62,203 nt of DNA, filler included, from Choristocarpus tenellus KU-1152 (GCA_964200185.2; 12 parts of 12 records of this genome joined end to end with filler, not necessarily neighbours in it); one strand, 5' to 3'; positions 13,783 through 27,060 are shown, counted from the whole stretch's first letter. A program made the numbers and translations. Notes: a model not told the origin generated them from the sequence alone.

Positions 13783-15456
13783 CGGCACACCATTTATGGC
13801 CACCAGGATCGAACCCTTAGCAACATAGTCTTGCAGCTCCGGGGGGACCTCGAAAACCACTGTCTGCTCTGATGGTCCCCGAGCTGTTTTTGGTGGGGAT
13901 ACTGGGCTGCGAAATCGATGCCAACCCTTGGTGCTTTGTGTCTCAAGCCCCACCAGGGCCCTGAGACCAATGTTCAGCCCAGCATCTTCGCTGAATTCTA
14001 CAACATACTCCTGTTCACAACAGAGGACAAAACGAGGTAGACGTGAGCAAACAAGGGTGGTTGCTGTCGGTTTATGTACATTGAATCTGCAACTTGTAGG
14101 CAATTCACCCCACACCAAGTAACCCTGGGGTTGTCATATGCAACTCCCACTTTCTTCTGGCAATGCTCAGTTTGTGCAGCAAAACTATTGGCCTGGCCTG
14201 CATAATACCCTGGAGTATCATTTTTTTGTTTGTCACTAATACAACAGTTAAGTGTACAAAAATGGCTTCAACGGGTCACTCTATCTCGAAATATGACTGC
14301 TACTTTAAAGAATTTGATGCTGTGTAAATGAAACAAGTGTTGAAGGCATGCCGTTTGACTTGGTTTTCTCACATCGCCAGTCTCAGGCCATCCCTCAGTC
14401 ATCAAAAGCAAAAAAATATTCATTCTGTTGGGAGCTTAAGGGCCTACTTTAAACAATAAGCAACAAACACACTGTATATATCACTTAAAATGATAAAAAC
14501 ACTACTCCGGGGTATTTATTAATGCATTTATGTGAAAGTATCTTAGAGGGTATGAGTTTTGCCCTGTTTGTCCATTTGGGGCTTGGCTTCCCACGGCTTT
14601 TTTATGACATCGTACCTACTCCAAAATGTTCCAGAGTAGGTAAAATGTATACGTTATGGAAAAATGTGTCTGGAACAAGGATATTGACACTTCCTAACAA
14701 ACACGATAGCCAAAATTACATCAAAATTGCAACATTAGATTTTGGTCCCCAAACGGACGCGGCTCTACCCTCTAACATGTTTCGACTCACAAGGGGGGTA
14801 CGTTTTGAGTGTATCCAACTGCGAATTGAATGATGTGGCATAAACCTCTACTGTGTAACATCCAGCAAGCTTGGCGAAGGGGATGGAGTGCAGACAAAGG
14901 GAGGTACTTTTTGCCACCTACCTCAGCCCCACCAATGTTTACTATGCTTGTTGTCTCTCTCACGACCATGGGATGGTTCTTGGTGGGTTCCTGCAAAGAA
15001 AAGATACATGTGGTGCAACGTTATTTACTGGTATGTTGTTCCTATATCGTTCCATGTTGTACAAAGACTATTTTATTGTGATTTCTACACACGAAGTTTC
15101 ATCTTGAACCGTTCCTTACATGTGGAAGATTTTGATTATTTGAAATTGCTGATTGGATGTTATGCTTCCTCGTAGTTCTACTTTGGAGAACACGGAGAAG
15201 GTAAGAAAGTTGAAGTCAGGGTATGTATACTCAAGGCAGTGGATTACAATATTCCAGTAACTATGTGGCAAATCGGCCTGTTTCTAGTAGAGTGTGACAT
15301 CATGCTCAGAATGTTGGAGACTCCCGTGATGGATAGGTCTGTATAGGGACGTACTCGTATGGTGTTGTCTGCCTTCTCAAATACGTCCTGTATCTGTTGC
15401 TGGGTCTCCAACTTCTCCACTTGAAAGACGTAACCTTTTTTCCGTCGCCAGCCAAC
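13783..15456 (-). CDS. PDZ-like domain protein, two internal exons (partial)
   Basis: Phase-0 exons 15456-15355 (VGWRRKKGYVFQ...DNTIR) and 14010-13783 (EYVVEFSEDAGLNIGL...VAKGSILVAINGVP) with AG/GT borders; the GxILVAING pattern is typical of PDZ domains. Confidence 0.6.
14530..14788 (-). mobile_element. MITE family A, full copy, intronic
   Basis: Slightly decayed TIRs with the family A core. Confidence 0.88.
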
Positions 15457-15991
15457 CTGCAACAACAAAATAGTAGAGCAGGAGATACACCGCAAAAGAT
15501 CGAAACTTGGTTTGACGTATCCTTCTGCTGGATACAGTCTATCGGAGTGTTATGATCTCACGTCAGTGTGTTGAGTGAAGGTTTCTTAGTGTATTTAGAG
15601 TACATTTAGTAACAGTGATACTCATGTGCGAGGAGCACTTTGTGCATACTTCGAAGTAGTAGCTATGGTGGTTGCAGGCGTTCAACACAGGGTGTCAATA
15701 TGAGCATTGACTGTAGATAGACCTCAAGGTCGTAAATTGACTCAGATATGAATGAAAAAAAAAAAAGGAGACGGGATGGACACTCAAAATCTGCAGGGGA
15801 AGCGCAAAGGGGGTACCTGAGTAAACTTGATTGCCTTCTTCAGGTGTGCTTGCCTCCGCACCTTCCTTGCTGACTCTATTAAGACCAAGGCATTTGTCTG
15901 GATATTGCAGAGTGCTTTCTCATAGAGGATCTGCGTTTCTCAGCCAGAGTAGGGAGTCAGGTAAAACACTATTCTTGCTTGTTGTATTATT

Positions 15992-16255
15992 GACCCGAAG
16001 TAAACGAGAGGTACCCAGTTTTTGGTCGTTTTGCATTTTAGGCCAGTTTTTCGATCTTTTGCAATTCACCCATAATTTCTGGGGATAAAGCGCAACGTTT
16101 GACTTGTTGAGAAGGTTTGTTTATCTATTCTTTGAAAGATTTCGCCATAATTCGGAAGGTATCCTACACATAATTGTAATAAGAAGCCGAAATTTGCACA
16201 TGATTGCCGAGATCCTTGAAATGTAGCGCTGGGTACCTCTCGCTTACTTTGACTC
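15992..16255 (+). mobile_element. MITE family C
   Basis: TIRs GACCCGAAGTAAACGAGAGGTACCCAG ... CTGGGTACCTCTCGCTTACTTTGACTC; flanks ATT/ATT; interior homologous to 44577-44824. Confidence 0.8.
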
Positions 16256-16748
16256 ATTGAAGTGCAAGATGATACTAACTCCTAGCGCTCTAGAGCTCCA
16301 AAAGGAAAAAAAAATATAGATTCACTCAATGTTTGTCTACAAAGTGCATGTTGATGCTCAAAGTTGCTACCGCAGTCTTCAACTTGGGGAGGAACATGTG
16401 GTTAGTTCCTCTCCATCCTTACACCTTGTTTACTGCTCCCTCTACCATAGTGTGGCAAGCAGGTGAGCTGTTATTTCCCTTGATCAGAGTACATTTACAA
16501 GTCATGTATTTATCCATGCTGAGCAATACAATGAGCATTACATCCAACAAATTGATTTTCACCAGACATAAAGAGTTTTCCTGATGTGCTTGTCCTGATA
16601 GGCAAGCAGTACACTAGTCGTATAGCAGTTCGTTCACTAACTTTTCCCCCTATTGCATATACAACTAGTTGGATACTGATTGAAGAAAGCAATTGAGTCC
16701 TAAGGTATGGTCAAGCACAAGAAATGTTAAGCAGAAAGACTCCCCTAC

Positions 16749-16926
16749 GGGTCAAAGTATCTGGGGGGAGGGGGGGGGTGGCGGCTGTCCATTCTGGGAC
16801 CATTTTCACGTGTCTCGATTTTTGGGTGATTTGGTTCCGTGTGTCGGATGGATAATGTAAGTGCACTTTTCCTGGTCAGGGCCCGAATAGACACTCTGGT
16901 GTAGACCCCCCCCCCCCCCCCCCCCC
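16749..16926 (+). mobile_element. MITE family B, nearly complete, cut at poly-C
   Basis: GGGTCAAAGTATCTGGGGGG terminus; the family B core runs to the terminal poly-C. Confidence 0.85.
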
Positions 16927-17026
16927 NNNNNNNNNNNNNNNNNNNNNNNNNNNNNNNNNNNNNNNNNNNNTTAATTAATTAANNNNNNNNNNNNNNNNNN
17001 NNNNNNNNNNNNNNNNNNNNNNNNNN

Positions 17027-17095
17027 TTTTCCTGATTTTTGTCCCAATGGACACCTTGGTGTAGTCCCCCCCCCCCCTCCCAGATACTTTGGGTC
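17027..17095 (+). mobile_element. MITE family B, right end
   Basis: GGTGTAGT(C)nAGATACTTTGGGTC. Confidence 0.75.
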
Positions 17096-17215
17096 TCCAG
17101 AACGTGGATATTGACACTTCGTAACAAACACAATAGCCAAAATTACATAAACATTGTAACGTTGGATTTTGGCCCCCAAATGGACACGCCTCCACCCTCT
17201 GAGACACTTTGCCTC
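17096..17215 (-). mobile_element. MITE family A, half copy interrupted by family B
   Basis: GGATATTGACACTTC...GGCCCCCAAATGGAC...ACACTTTGCCTC. Confidence 0.8.
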
Positions 17216-19065
17216 CTTTGGCATGTGTTGACAGAGGTTTACCCCAAGCTTATAGATTTTGGTGGAAGGAAGGGAGGTGTGACTTCACACATGCTCACCA
17301 GCTCAAGTAGACATTTTTTGGTTTCAGGTCAAACTTAAAGAAAGAGTGTATTTTTCGCAGACTTCATTCTTTCTGTTCCTTCCACAATCTGTCCAACGAC
17401 CAGGTTTGCACGGTCTGGACCAAAACTTGTAGACTCTGTAGCTGTATCTGTACGGCGTCCGACGGCCTGGGGCAAATTTTTTAGATGTTGGAGTTTATAA
17501 CTGTTGGGGTAACCCTAACTCAAGAAAATATCGTAGAAACGTTCTCCCTACTGTGAACACTATTCGACTTGGTCAAGTCAAATGTGTCCTTCCCTTGTCA
17601 AAGAACTAGCTTTGGTTCAATATCTCGGTTCTCATCTGTATTTAGGCATTTGCGACGTCTTTTACAACAGCACACACCTACTGACAAATACAAGTCTAGT
17701 ATCCCGTGGGATAACACCTTTTGACCCCCTAAACAGTTCTTCTTCTGATGCGAAGCGAGTTCGATACCCTTAAACACCAATCAATGTCTAACACAGCATA
17801 TCTTCCTCATCGCACCGTGAAGATGAACGTCAGAATCCTTGCCATGTTTTCCCTTCGCTGTTACGGGGTGCTTTGGTGGTCACAGGATAACACCGTTTGG
17901 CAATCTATAGTTTACGGATACTATACCCGGATACCCTCCATCAAACACACAATCGAAACTTGGCCTAACCTTTAGACCAAAGGATGGTACACTTCGGTCT
18001 TTGTTTCTATGATCGAAGGTGGTTCCGAGTCTTTCATACCAATATTTCTCATAAACATTTAAATTTGATGAAGCTTATATCACTGTGCGTCGCAGCTCTG
18101 GAACACATCCTTTGCGCCAAACTGTCAAATCCTTATATACGGGTAAGTTCTATATACATCCAAAACTAGGCATGCGTCTGTCAACAGGTTGTATCCCTAA
18201 TGGTTTACACAATGGGTTTCACTGTAGTGTATTCGGTCAAGGAATCAGTCACATTATGCCTAACCCTAAGTAATTAATGATTTAATGACACTAAACAATG
18301 ACTCCCTATTTCCCATACTTCTCAAGCCCACAGACATTTGCATACAATAAGGCACATGTGATGCATTGTTGATGCTACCCTTGTCATCAAATCGACCTAC
18401 ACCCGTGACATGACCCACCCCTCACCCACATGGACAGTCGTCAACCCAACCCGGTAACCACAACACTACCCTTACGTGGACATACTCCAAATAATCAGAA
18501 TATAGCCCCTCAACATACCTTTTCCTAACCCTTTCGCCTCCAACATATCACTCGCTAACCCCCACAAAACCCCCCTGAATACCAGACTACTACCGATCAA
18601 CGCCTTCGTGAAAACTTGTTGATGCCACAACCGACCATATTTAAATCGACTACACAATGTGGTCGCTCGATTTAAAAAGTCCAATCAAGGAATTACTACA
18701 ATATTCATCACTGTACACCAAAAAATAAAACTACTCGTTTAACTCGAAATAATCCGATTGATTCGAAACCCTGTCAGTGATGCTTCTTCACTATGGATGT
18801 AGTCATTTGTTCACCTCAAGAAGCACAAACCACCAGTTAACCCTAATGAATGACATTCTTTTTCAATACTTCATGAACAAAAGCACGCGAAAATGGGTAC
18901 TTCACCATATACTTAAAACAGTCCCCAACCATTCTTGTCATTAATTCAAAGGTCCAAATTCAAAAATCCTCAAAGCAGTGACAGCCTATTATTTGCTGGA
19001 CTTAAGCTTACCACGATTATAGCTAAGTGTAATCCACACACATATCTACGAAACACACCTTCAAT

Positions 19066-19158
19066 TCCCCGGAAATAAACAAGTTACCCAAAAATCGCGA
19101 TATAGTAAAATGGACCCCAAATGGATACCCGCTCCTGCCCCCCCAGATACTTTGACCC
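19066..19158 (-). mobile_element. MITE family B, partial
   Basis: CCCAAAAATCGCG...CCCCAAATGGA...CCCCAGATACTTTGACCC. Confidence 0.75.
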
Positions 19159-19159
19159 A

Positions 19160-19318
19160 ATACCAACATTTTCAGATTTGATGCCCTGCATTTATTTGCG
19201 TTTCCAACCGTGTACACACCAGCTGTCAGCAGTGGTAATACTAACATTTTCAAATTCGATGCCCTTTATTTATTACGTTTACAATCATGTACACACCAGC
19301 TGTCAGCAGTGGTAACAC
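19160..19318. repeat. 78-bp tandem dimer
   Basis: AACATTTTCA...TGTACACACCAGCTGTCAGCAGTGGTAA at 19165 and 19243. Confidence 0.85.
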
Positions 19319-19324
19319 ACCAGC

Positions 19325-19579
19325 ATTGCTCTATGTTAGAGGGCACGAGTTTTTCGCAGGTTGTCCTTTGGGGCTTGGCTCCCCATGGGTTTTCAACGAC
19401 ATTGTACTTCCTCCAAAATGTTTTGGAGAAGTACAATGTCTACAGTATGGAAAGGAGTGTTCGGAAAGAGGACATTGACATCTCCAAACAATAATGATGG
19501 TAAGAATTACAGCAATAAATGCAACATTTGAATTCGACCGCCAAGTGGACGCGACCCTACCCCTAAGATACTTCGACCC
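19325..19579 (-). mobile_element. MITE family A, degenerate copy
   Basis: Family A core and right TIR CCCTAAGATACTTCGACCC; the left end is decayed. Confidence 0.8.
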
Positions 19580-19905
19580 GCACTCATGATACCAACCCTA
19601 GCCCTAACCAAAATAAATCGCCTACATTTTGAACACTCATCCCAATCCGCCATTTACAGATTTCACCTTGCATCCAACACGTTAACCTCGAATCAATTCA
19701 ACAGCTTTCATCCGAAATGACTGCAGCGAATTCGACCAAACCTTTCCCCGAAATTGGAACGTATGTTGCAGTCACATATGTTGGGAGTAATCAGACAACT
19801 GATCCGAAATAGAAGCAAGATTCCACGATGCAATTTCACGCACCACAACATCCGTCTGTCCAGGGTGACATGGTGACACCTTCGATACGCACATTTAAGG
19901 GTTCC

Positions 19906-20162
19906 GAGCCAAAGTATCTTAGAGGGTAGAGTCGCGTCCATTTGGGGACCAAAACCCAATGTTGCGATTTCGATGTAAATCTGGCCATCGTGTTAGTTAG
20001 GAAGTCTCAATATCCTTGTTCCGAAGACATATTTTCATAACGTACACATTTTACCTACTCCGAGATATTTTGGAGTAGAAAATGTCATAAAACCCCCGAA
20101 AGAAACCAAGCCCCAACTGGACAAAGAGGGAAAAACTCATACCCTCTAAGATACTTTCAAAC
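19906..20162 (+). mobile_element. MITE family A, full copy
   Basis: Both TIRs; perfect TSD TTCC/TTCC. Confidence 0.92.
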
Positions 20163-20206
20163 TTCCGATACCATAGGAACATTTCCGATAAGGTTCGTAT
20201 CGGAAA

Positions 20207-20840
20207 CGGACATACACACCCCCCAACCGTCTTGCCGCGCTTTGGAATTTGATGGCCTTTACCGTTCGACAGAACACATCAAATTAATTCAATACTATCT
20301 GCCTTATGACAAGCACAAACCTGCGCATGGTTGTCCTCCTGACATCCAACCCGGGTCAGCGCGTAAATTCCTTTCATCTTCATCTTTCACTTTCACGGTT
20401 CGACGTAATGGTTTCCTGCTCAGGTTGTTCGTATTTCAAATGGACACACACACACCCAACCGTCTTGCCGCGCTTTGGAAATTGATGGCCTTTACCGTTC
20501 GACAGAATACAACAAATTCATTCATCACTGTCTGCCATATGTCAAGCATAAACCTGTGCATGGTTGCCCTCCCAACATGTAACTCGGGTCGGCGCGTAAC
20601 TTCCTTTAATCTTCATCTTTCACTTTCGAGATTCGACGTAATGTTTTCCTGCTCAGGTTGTTAGTATTTCAAATCGACACACACACCCCAACAGTCTTGC
20701 CACGCTTTGGAAATTGATGGCATTTACCGTTCAACAGAACACATCAAATTCATTAATTACTGTCTGCCCTATGTCAAGCACAAACCTGTGCATGATTGCC
20801 CTTTCTACATGTTACCTTGGTTGGCGCGTAAATCCTTCCC
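20207..20840. repeat. Tandem array of ~233-bp units (about 2.7 copies)
   Basis: CAAC(C/A)GTCTTGCC anchors at 20224, 20457 and 20689. Confidence 0.9.
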
Positions 20841-22180
20841 GTCTGCGTCCCGTATTGGTGCGTTCTCATATTCAATATTCATCCCATGTCGACCAGGTTT
20901 ACCGTTCGATAGATATTAGTAAATAGCGGCCTTTGAGGAAAGCGCTGTGCCGTCCTCATGTCCATAACATCGTTATCCTGAACACCAGTGACGAACACAC
21001 AGGCAAGCAATTACATCATTGTACAACATCGCCATATGTTAACATCCAAACATGGTTCCCTACACCAAACACCCAACCTAGACTCTCACAGATCTTACCG
21101 ACGTTTGACAGTGTCACAACGAACATTGTCACAGGGTTCTCCGGTCTTATATGTTGCGAAGTTACTCGTCAAACAGATTGATTCATACTTTCGCTGTGTT
21201 GTACCGATTGACAGAACCTGGCAAAAGAAGGGAAGTTATGTCGTGGTTACATGCTAGTCCTATACACCTCCTCTTCACCCTATGTTACCAGGCCTATTTG
21301 TCTTCCTGATTTTTGGGCTCGAATAATCCCTCCAAGTTTAACAAGCCGCAAGTCCTCTAATCCGTCCATCCTTTCCTCAGCCCCTGCCTCCTCGCCTGTA
21401 TCCTGCCTCGCTTACTCCTTCTCACCAACACCTACCTCATCCCTTGCCTCCTGACGCTAACACCTCCTCCCGTTGTTTTGACTCCTACTCCTCCACTATC
21501 ACAGAGATAACACGAGTCACAAACATTGTGATCCTGTCAGACAAAAAGGCCACGTCCGAGCACGACCTTGACAAGTTCAAGTCCGAAACGAGCACCACCC
21601 ACGAGAGAGAAGTCGCCCTTCTCCAGACCCAACCAAGAGGCATCGTTATCACATGCACTGCCCTCGGGGACAACCTCGACCCGGATCATGTCCAACTCCT
21701 TATGGACGAACTTTCTACCTTCCACAATTTTGCACTGGTGAAGACACCGGTACCTGGTGGCGTATCAACGCCTATACCTTGTGGAACATCCAACCCACCA
21801 GGTGATGAAGAGGAACAAAATAACCCATCGCCTAGCCCTGCAGTAGGTACAGGAAGCAGGACTCTACCAAGGGGGAGGCATACAATCACACCCTCAGAAC
21901 ACGACTTTGAAGGCGATGGGGTCCGACCCGTTTGTAATGCTTTGTCAGGTCCAGAGGAACTTATACAGGAGGACGCAAGGGGGCGTCTAGGGAGGGACTC
22001 AGAGTCCACGCCTGTCAGGAGTGACCCATGTATGTCCCCAAACGCCGATTCGGTGGGCAGCAGGGGCGACGAGTCCAAGGTGCGAGGGAACACCTACCAC
22101 AATACTGTGGGACGAAGTGAGAACCACACCCATGCTCATCCAACCACAACACCAAGGGACAAGCCTTCCGTGAAAGGTAA

Positions 22181-22243
22181 GGGTCAAAGAATCTTGGGGG
22201 GGGGTGTCAGCGTCCGTTTTTCACCCTTTTTTCGATTTTCACT
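22181..22243 (+). mobile_element. MITE family B, left end
   Basis: GGGTCAAAGAATCTT(G)n followed by a contig break. Confidence 0.7.
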
Positions 22244-22343
22244 NNNNNNNNNNNNNNNNNNNNNNNNNNNNNNNNNNNNNNNNNNNNTTAATTAATTAAN
22301 NNNNNNNNNNNNNNNNNNNNNNNNNNNNNNNNNNNNNNNNNNN

Positions 22344-22382
22344 CCCATCACAAACCACCCCCCCCCCCAGATACTTTGACCC
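22344..22382. mobile_element. MITE family B, terminal fragment
   Basis: (C)nAGATACTTTGACCC. Confidence 0.7.
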
Positions 22383-22859
22383 TTCAATATGTCCGTTGTG
22401 CTGCCTGTAATATGTCTCTCTGTACCATGAACACTGGAAGAGGTGTTGGCATTGTGATAAGGCACTAATGTGGAGCTACACCACCAAGGGATTACAATAA
22501 ATGATTCGAGAGAGGAGAGGAGGGACAAGTGGTGGGATGGGCGAACAATATGATACTTAGTAGTAATATGAAATTAGTGGTAATGATCAAAATTAGGAAA
22601 AAAAATGGTACTGCAGTGCACGAGGAAGAGGTATATCAGAAAGCAGATGGCAGCAGATATCCAGACCAGCATCTTTCTTTATCAGGATATATATATATGA
22701 AATATTATTTTAATTCTTGATGTAGTTCTGATACATTATGATTATATAAGTGAATTATCTTAAATAAATCATACTTCAAATTACACTATCGAGCTATGTG
22801 CACTCATTACCAACTCAGAACTGTGACTGCTGTCACATTGTCAACCAAAGGGTTTTTGG

Positions 22860-23200
22860 ACTGGCGCACCTCAGTTTGGGCACGGCGCATTGATTCAGGA
22901 ATAGTGCAAGTTCAAGCTCCTTTATCTCAAATGCACCCACCCGTGCCCAACTTACTGAAATGCTTGGTAAAACAAATGGCCGCACGTCTTACACGATAAT
23001 GATGCCTGGGAAGGCTCTGTGGACTGAGAAGGTGCTTTAATGAGTATTGGATTAAAGGGCTACACTTGCACTGGTAGCTGTATACACCCAAACCAAAGTT
23101 TAGGACAGTGGGTTGGAAGACACTTGTGGCTAGTGTGGGCAAGACATACAAAGGGTCGCCACCCCCCCAACCTGTTTGGCCCCGCCTCACTGCAGCTTCT
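22860..23200 (+). mobile_element. Possible decayed Copia-type integrase remnant
   Basis: Broken frames give GIVQVQAP...MAAR...PGKALWTE, loosely matching the Copia integrase core (GI....P..PQ.NG..ER...AR....LWAE); many stops and frameshifts. Confidence 0.3.
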
Positions 23201-23597
23201 GGATCTGGAGGTGCCTGCCCCACCTCTTGTCCTGGCCTACCACCTAAATCCCTTCTTACCGTGGTTGTCCTACAGCGCCTGTGACAGACCCTGTTCTGTG
23301 CTCTCCACTGGCCCCTGTTCCATTTTGTGTCTTGCCTGAAGTTCTGCGCCCCACCCTGCGACTCCCCACATTGGCAGTTGTGGCCCTGCACTAGGCCCTA
23401 TCCCTACCCCCACCTCAAGACTCATTCCGAAGCAGTAGGTATTATCCCCTCCTTGCTGAGGTTGGACACATGGTACGAGTGTCATATAACATTCCTTTAA
23501 GCGCTGACAGTTCGACCGTTGCTACAGGATGCTGCTCCAGTCTTCTTGCCTCCTACTCACAGTCCAGTCCAAGGACGAGCAACATACCCTGCTTCAT

Positions 23598-23856
23598 GAG
23601 TGAAAGTATCTTAGAGTGTACGAGGTTTGCCCTGTTTGTCCATTTGAGGTTTTGGCTTCCCTCGGAATTTTTATGACATTTTCCTACTCCAAAATGCTTA
23701 GGAGTAGGTAAAATCAATAAGTTACGAAAAGGTGTGGCCGGAACAAGGATATTGACACTTCCTAACAAACACGACAGCCAATATTACATTGAAATCGCAA
23801 CATTGGATTTTGGCCCCCAAATGGACGCGGCTCTACCCTCTAAGATACTTTGGCTC
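23598..23856 (-). mobile_element. MITE family A, full copy
   Basis: Both TIRs; family A core. Confidence 0.9.
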
Positions 23857-26379
23857 CAATGTTTTTAGCTTTTCGTGTCACCTCCAACAAATTGGAACAA
23901 CCATTGACTGAAAGATTACAGGCCTTGTTTGCAGGAGTGATTGTATACAAAAGTGAGACGTGAAAGTCTCTGCTTTCTTCCTCCAATGGCGCGGGGATTG
24001 ATGTGTTTCCGATATCAACTGCTGCATCTTGTAAGCACCTCTGCAACATGGATCAGTCAGTACAACACCCATCTGTGCAGATGACCTGCCAACACAATAG
24101 AAATCTCATGACGGATCGTCAGATTTGTGATATAATTCACCTTGTAATTTCTCACAGCCTCTCATCAGCCTCTCATAATTGGAGAAGACTAGTAGCGAGC
24201 CACCTGGATTGGGTCAGAGTTAAGCATCTGGCAGTGTATGGCAAGATGCTTGAAAGGAGGCTCTATGTCTTTCATAGTCTCCACCGTAACCTCTTGCATT
24301 GGTCATTTATATAGCATGCAAAATAACAGGAATATAAATAGGTGCTATGCACTTCGGGTGCAGAAGCACCTATTTTCACTCAGAAAATGTCTTTGTGGAT
24401 TTCAAGAGAGGTGAATCAGACACAGCGGATTAAATTCTCACTTACTACTGTGAAACATTATTAACTCGCTTGAAAAACCGCCTGATTGTACTCGTTGAGG
24501 ATGGCGTATAAGCGATGGAGGATCTTGCTGTTGTCAACCATCATGGACTCGGTCATTTTGAACCCATCCCCAGACAACAGATGGTTGTCCGCCATTCGAG
24601 ACCACAGCTTCCCTGATGGCCTTCCGTTGCACCTGCATAGTAACCATATCTGGACCATGTCCTCAACATTTTCCACATAGTGTGCAATCAGGGTATGAAA
24701 GTCCAGTACAATAAGCGGTCTCCCCTCAAAGCACAAGAGAATGCGTTTGTCAACTGTAGACTGGACAAGCATCAAAGCTCGAGATAATTCAACAAGGTCA
24801 CTATGAAGCTGCTGTATGACTTCTGGGTTCCAAGGAACAAGTCTGTATGTGCTGCATTGAAGGACATAGGATGCAGTGGAGTGGGTCTTTTGAGAATAGT
24901 AGTAACGAATGGATATATAAAGGTAAATATATCATGTTGATGTGACTGATCCCATCCAACGCGCGCATCCAATCTCGCGCCCAATATTGTGACTTCGTTA
25001 GATCACAGCAGGTTCCTGAACAAGGAATCTGACACATTATTTCCCGGGGGAGTTAGCAGGGAGGGAGAAAGGATACGTCCAAGGCCTTTACTACTACTGT
25101 TTGGGAGTGTAGGACTTGTTTTCACAGGCCTTGGCACAGGTCTGGCCTAGGCCTCCTGTCTTGCTGCTTTTTTTGTCCTACAAGGTTCAAGGTTAGTCGC
25201 TATCTCTGCCCCATATTTTGACAGAGGGGGTAAACCTGGTTCACCTTCTGAGACACAAAGTCCACGTACTTCCGGTATCTATCTCATGGCATTTGAGAAA
25301 GGGGGAGGTAGTAGAATGGTTGCCGCCACACTCTAGCTGTATTCCAGCTGACTGAGGTGTGACCTTTAGACATGGTGTTGAGGTGGGATCACATGGCCCG
25401 AGTACCCCAATTTCTCGTCAAGGAATTGAATACCAAGTGAAGTAATTGCTGATGTTATAAATATTTCGATAAAATGCAGTAAAAGGGCAGCAAAGAAGTG
25501 GTGGAGGGCTTGCAAGTCACGGAGGTTTGTATTGTTGGACTCGTGTTGGGGTGCAATTTGATCATATGTGTCCTCACCCTTGCATTGCTTTGCTGTGGTT
25601 GCATTCGTTTTTTTTGGCTTCATACTCTCTGCTTGACTGGTGTGTGACATATTGATACTAGTCCTAACGGAATTGCGCCCAGGATAATCTCTCGATTATC
25701 CCTCGTGCCCACCTTGTGTGAAAGCATTACTTTTCGTGCGATGAGCGTTCTGTCAGCTGAAACAGGGTTTGAGTTCCATTGCTGTCATATTAATTGCTAG
25801 GTCCATAAGATAGGTAGGTGTCGGTAGGCTTACGGGTTCCTGATGCGTTGACTCAGATACGAAAACGTGGAAAGTGCTTATCTTAAGCCCTCTTTCTGTT
25901 CTCAGCTTGCAGTCATGTTTTGCTTGTGAAGGGGGAAGCAACGTGCCCAATATGAAAATCTTGGCAAATGACGTTCTATTTGTGAACCAAGCGTGATCCA
26001 TGCCCACATGATCAAGCTTGAATGATGACAACGGGTGCTAGTAACACCCCAACCCTCTCCCCCNNNNNNNNNNNNNNNNNNNNNNNNNNNNNNNNNNNNN
26101 NNNNNNNTTAATTAATTAANNNNNNNNNNNNNNNNNNNNNNNNNNNNNNNNNNNNNNNNNNNNCCCCAGATATTTTGGGTCACTTAACATCTGTTGCCGA
26201 AAGGAAGATGGCGTATACCTGCTGCACCCAAACAAACTCATCAATGGACAAAATAACACAATACAAATATTTTAATGACTCCAATAGTAACCTTTTCGCT
26301 GTACTTTGAAGGTGTGCAGTTGATGGGAAAGAGAGCAAACGAAAATAATTCCTCGGCTTAGTGAGAGAGGATGCCGGTA

Positions 26380-26643
26380 GAGTCAAAGTATCTTAGGGTT
26401 AGGGTAGAGCTGGGTCCATTTGGGGGCCAAAATCTAATGTTGAGATTTAGATGTAATTTTGGTCATACTGTTTGTTAGGAAGTACGAATATCCTTGTTCT
26501 GGACACACCATTTCATAACATGCTCACTTTGCCTACTCCTAAACATTTTGGAGTAGGAAAATGTCATAAAAGAACCCATGGGAAGCCAAGCCCCAAATGG
26601 ACAAACAGGGCAAAACTCGTACCCTAACCCGATACTTTCACTC
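26380..26643 (+). mobile_element. MITE family A, full copy with telomere-like edits in both TIRs
   Basis: Perfect TSD GGTA/GGTA; TIRs read TCTTAGGGTTAGGGTAG and TACCCTAACCCGATAC. Confidence 0.92.
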
Positions 26644-27060
26644 GGTAGAGACTGCTCACTCACCCTGCCCGAGCTCTCCCCAGCTATGCTTGAACCTTGT
26701 GTATCAGTTAGCGATAGAACCTCATTCGACTCAACTGCAGACTTGTCTCCATCTCCTCCTCTTCCCCCTCCTCCCCCAAGGGTGACCGTCTTGGACTCTT
26801 GCCTGTCTCCACTTGCCTCTCCAGTTCTTGAGGGGGAGAGCTCTTCTCCATGTTGACTACTCTTCCTGCTTCGAAATCAGACAGTTGTACAATATTATGC
26901 CACTGCGAGGGAGGCATTCTGACGCAATAAATAGAGCCAGTCAGAGAAAACACGATGCGAATTCTTGCTTTCAACTCCCGTCTGTTCTTTTCCCGAGGTC
27001 CCGAGGGTCAGGGTTAGGGTCTATCAGGATGAGATTATCATCATATCGTGCAGTCAATAA

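Noticed and set aside
21444-22295. 283-aa ORF
   Set aside because: No recognisable domain; low-complexity; runs into a MITE B end and the linker. It may be a transposon ORF or an exon, but I cannot support a call.
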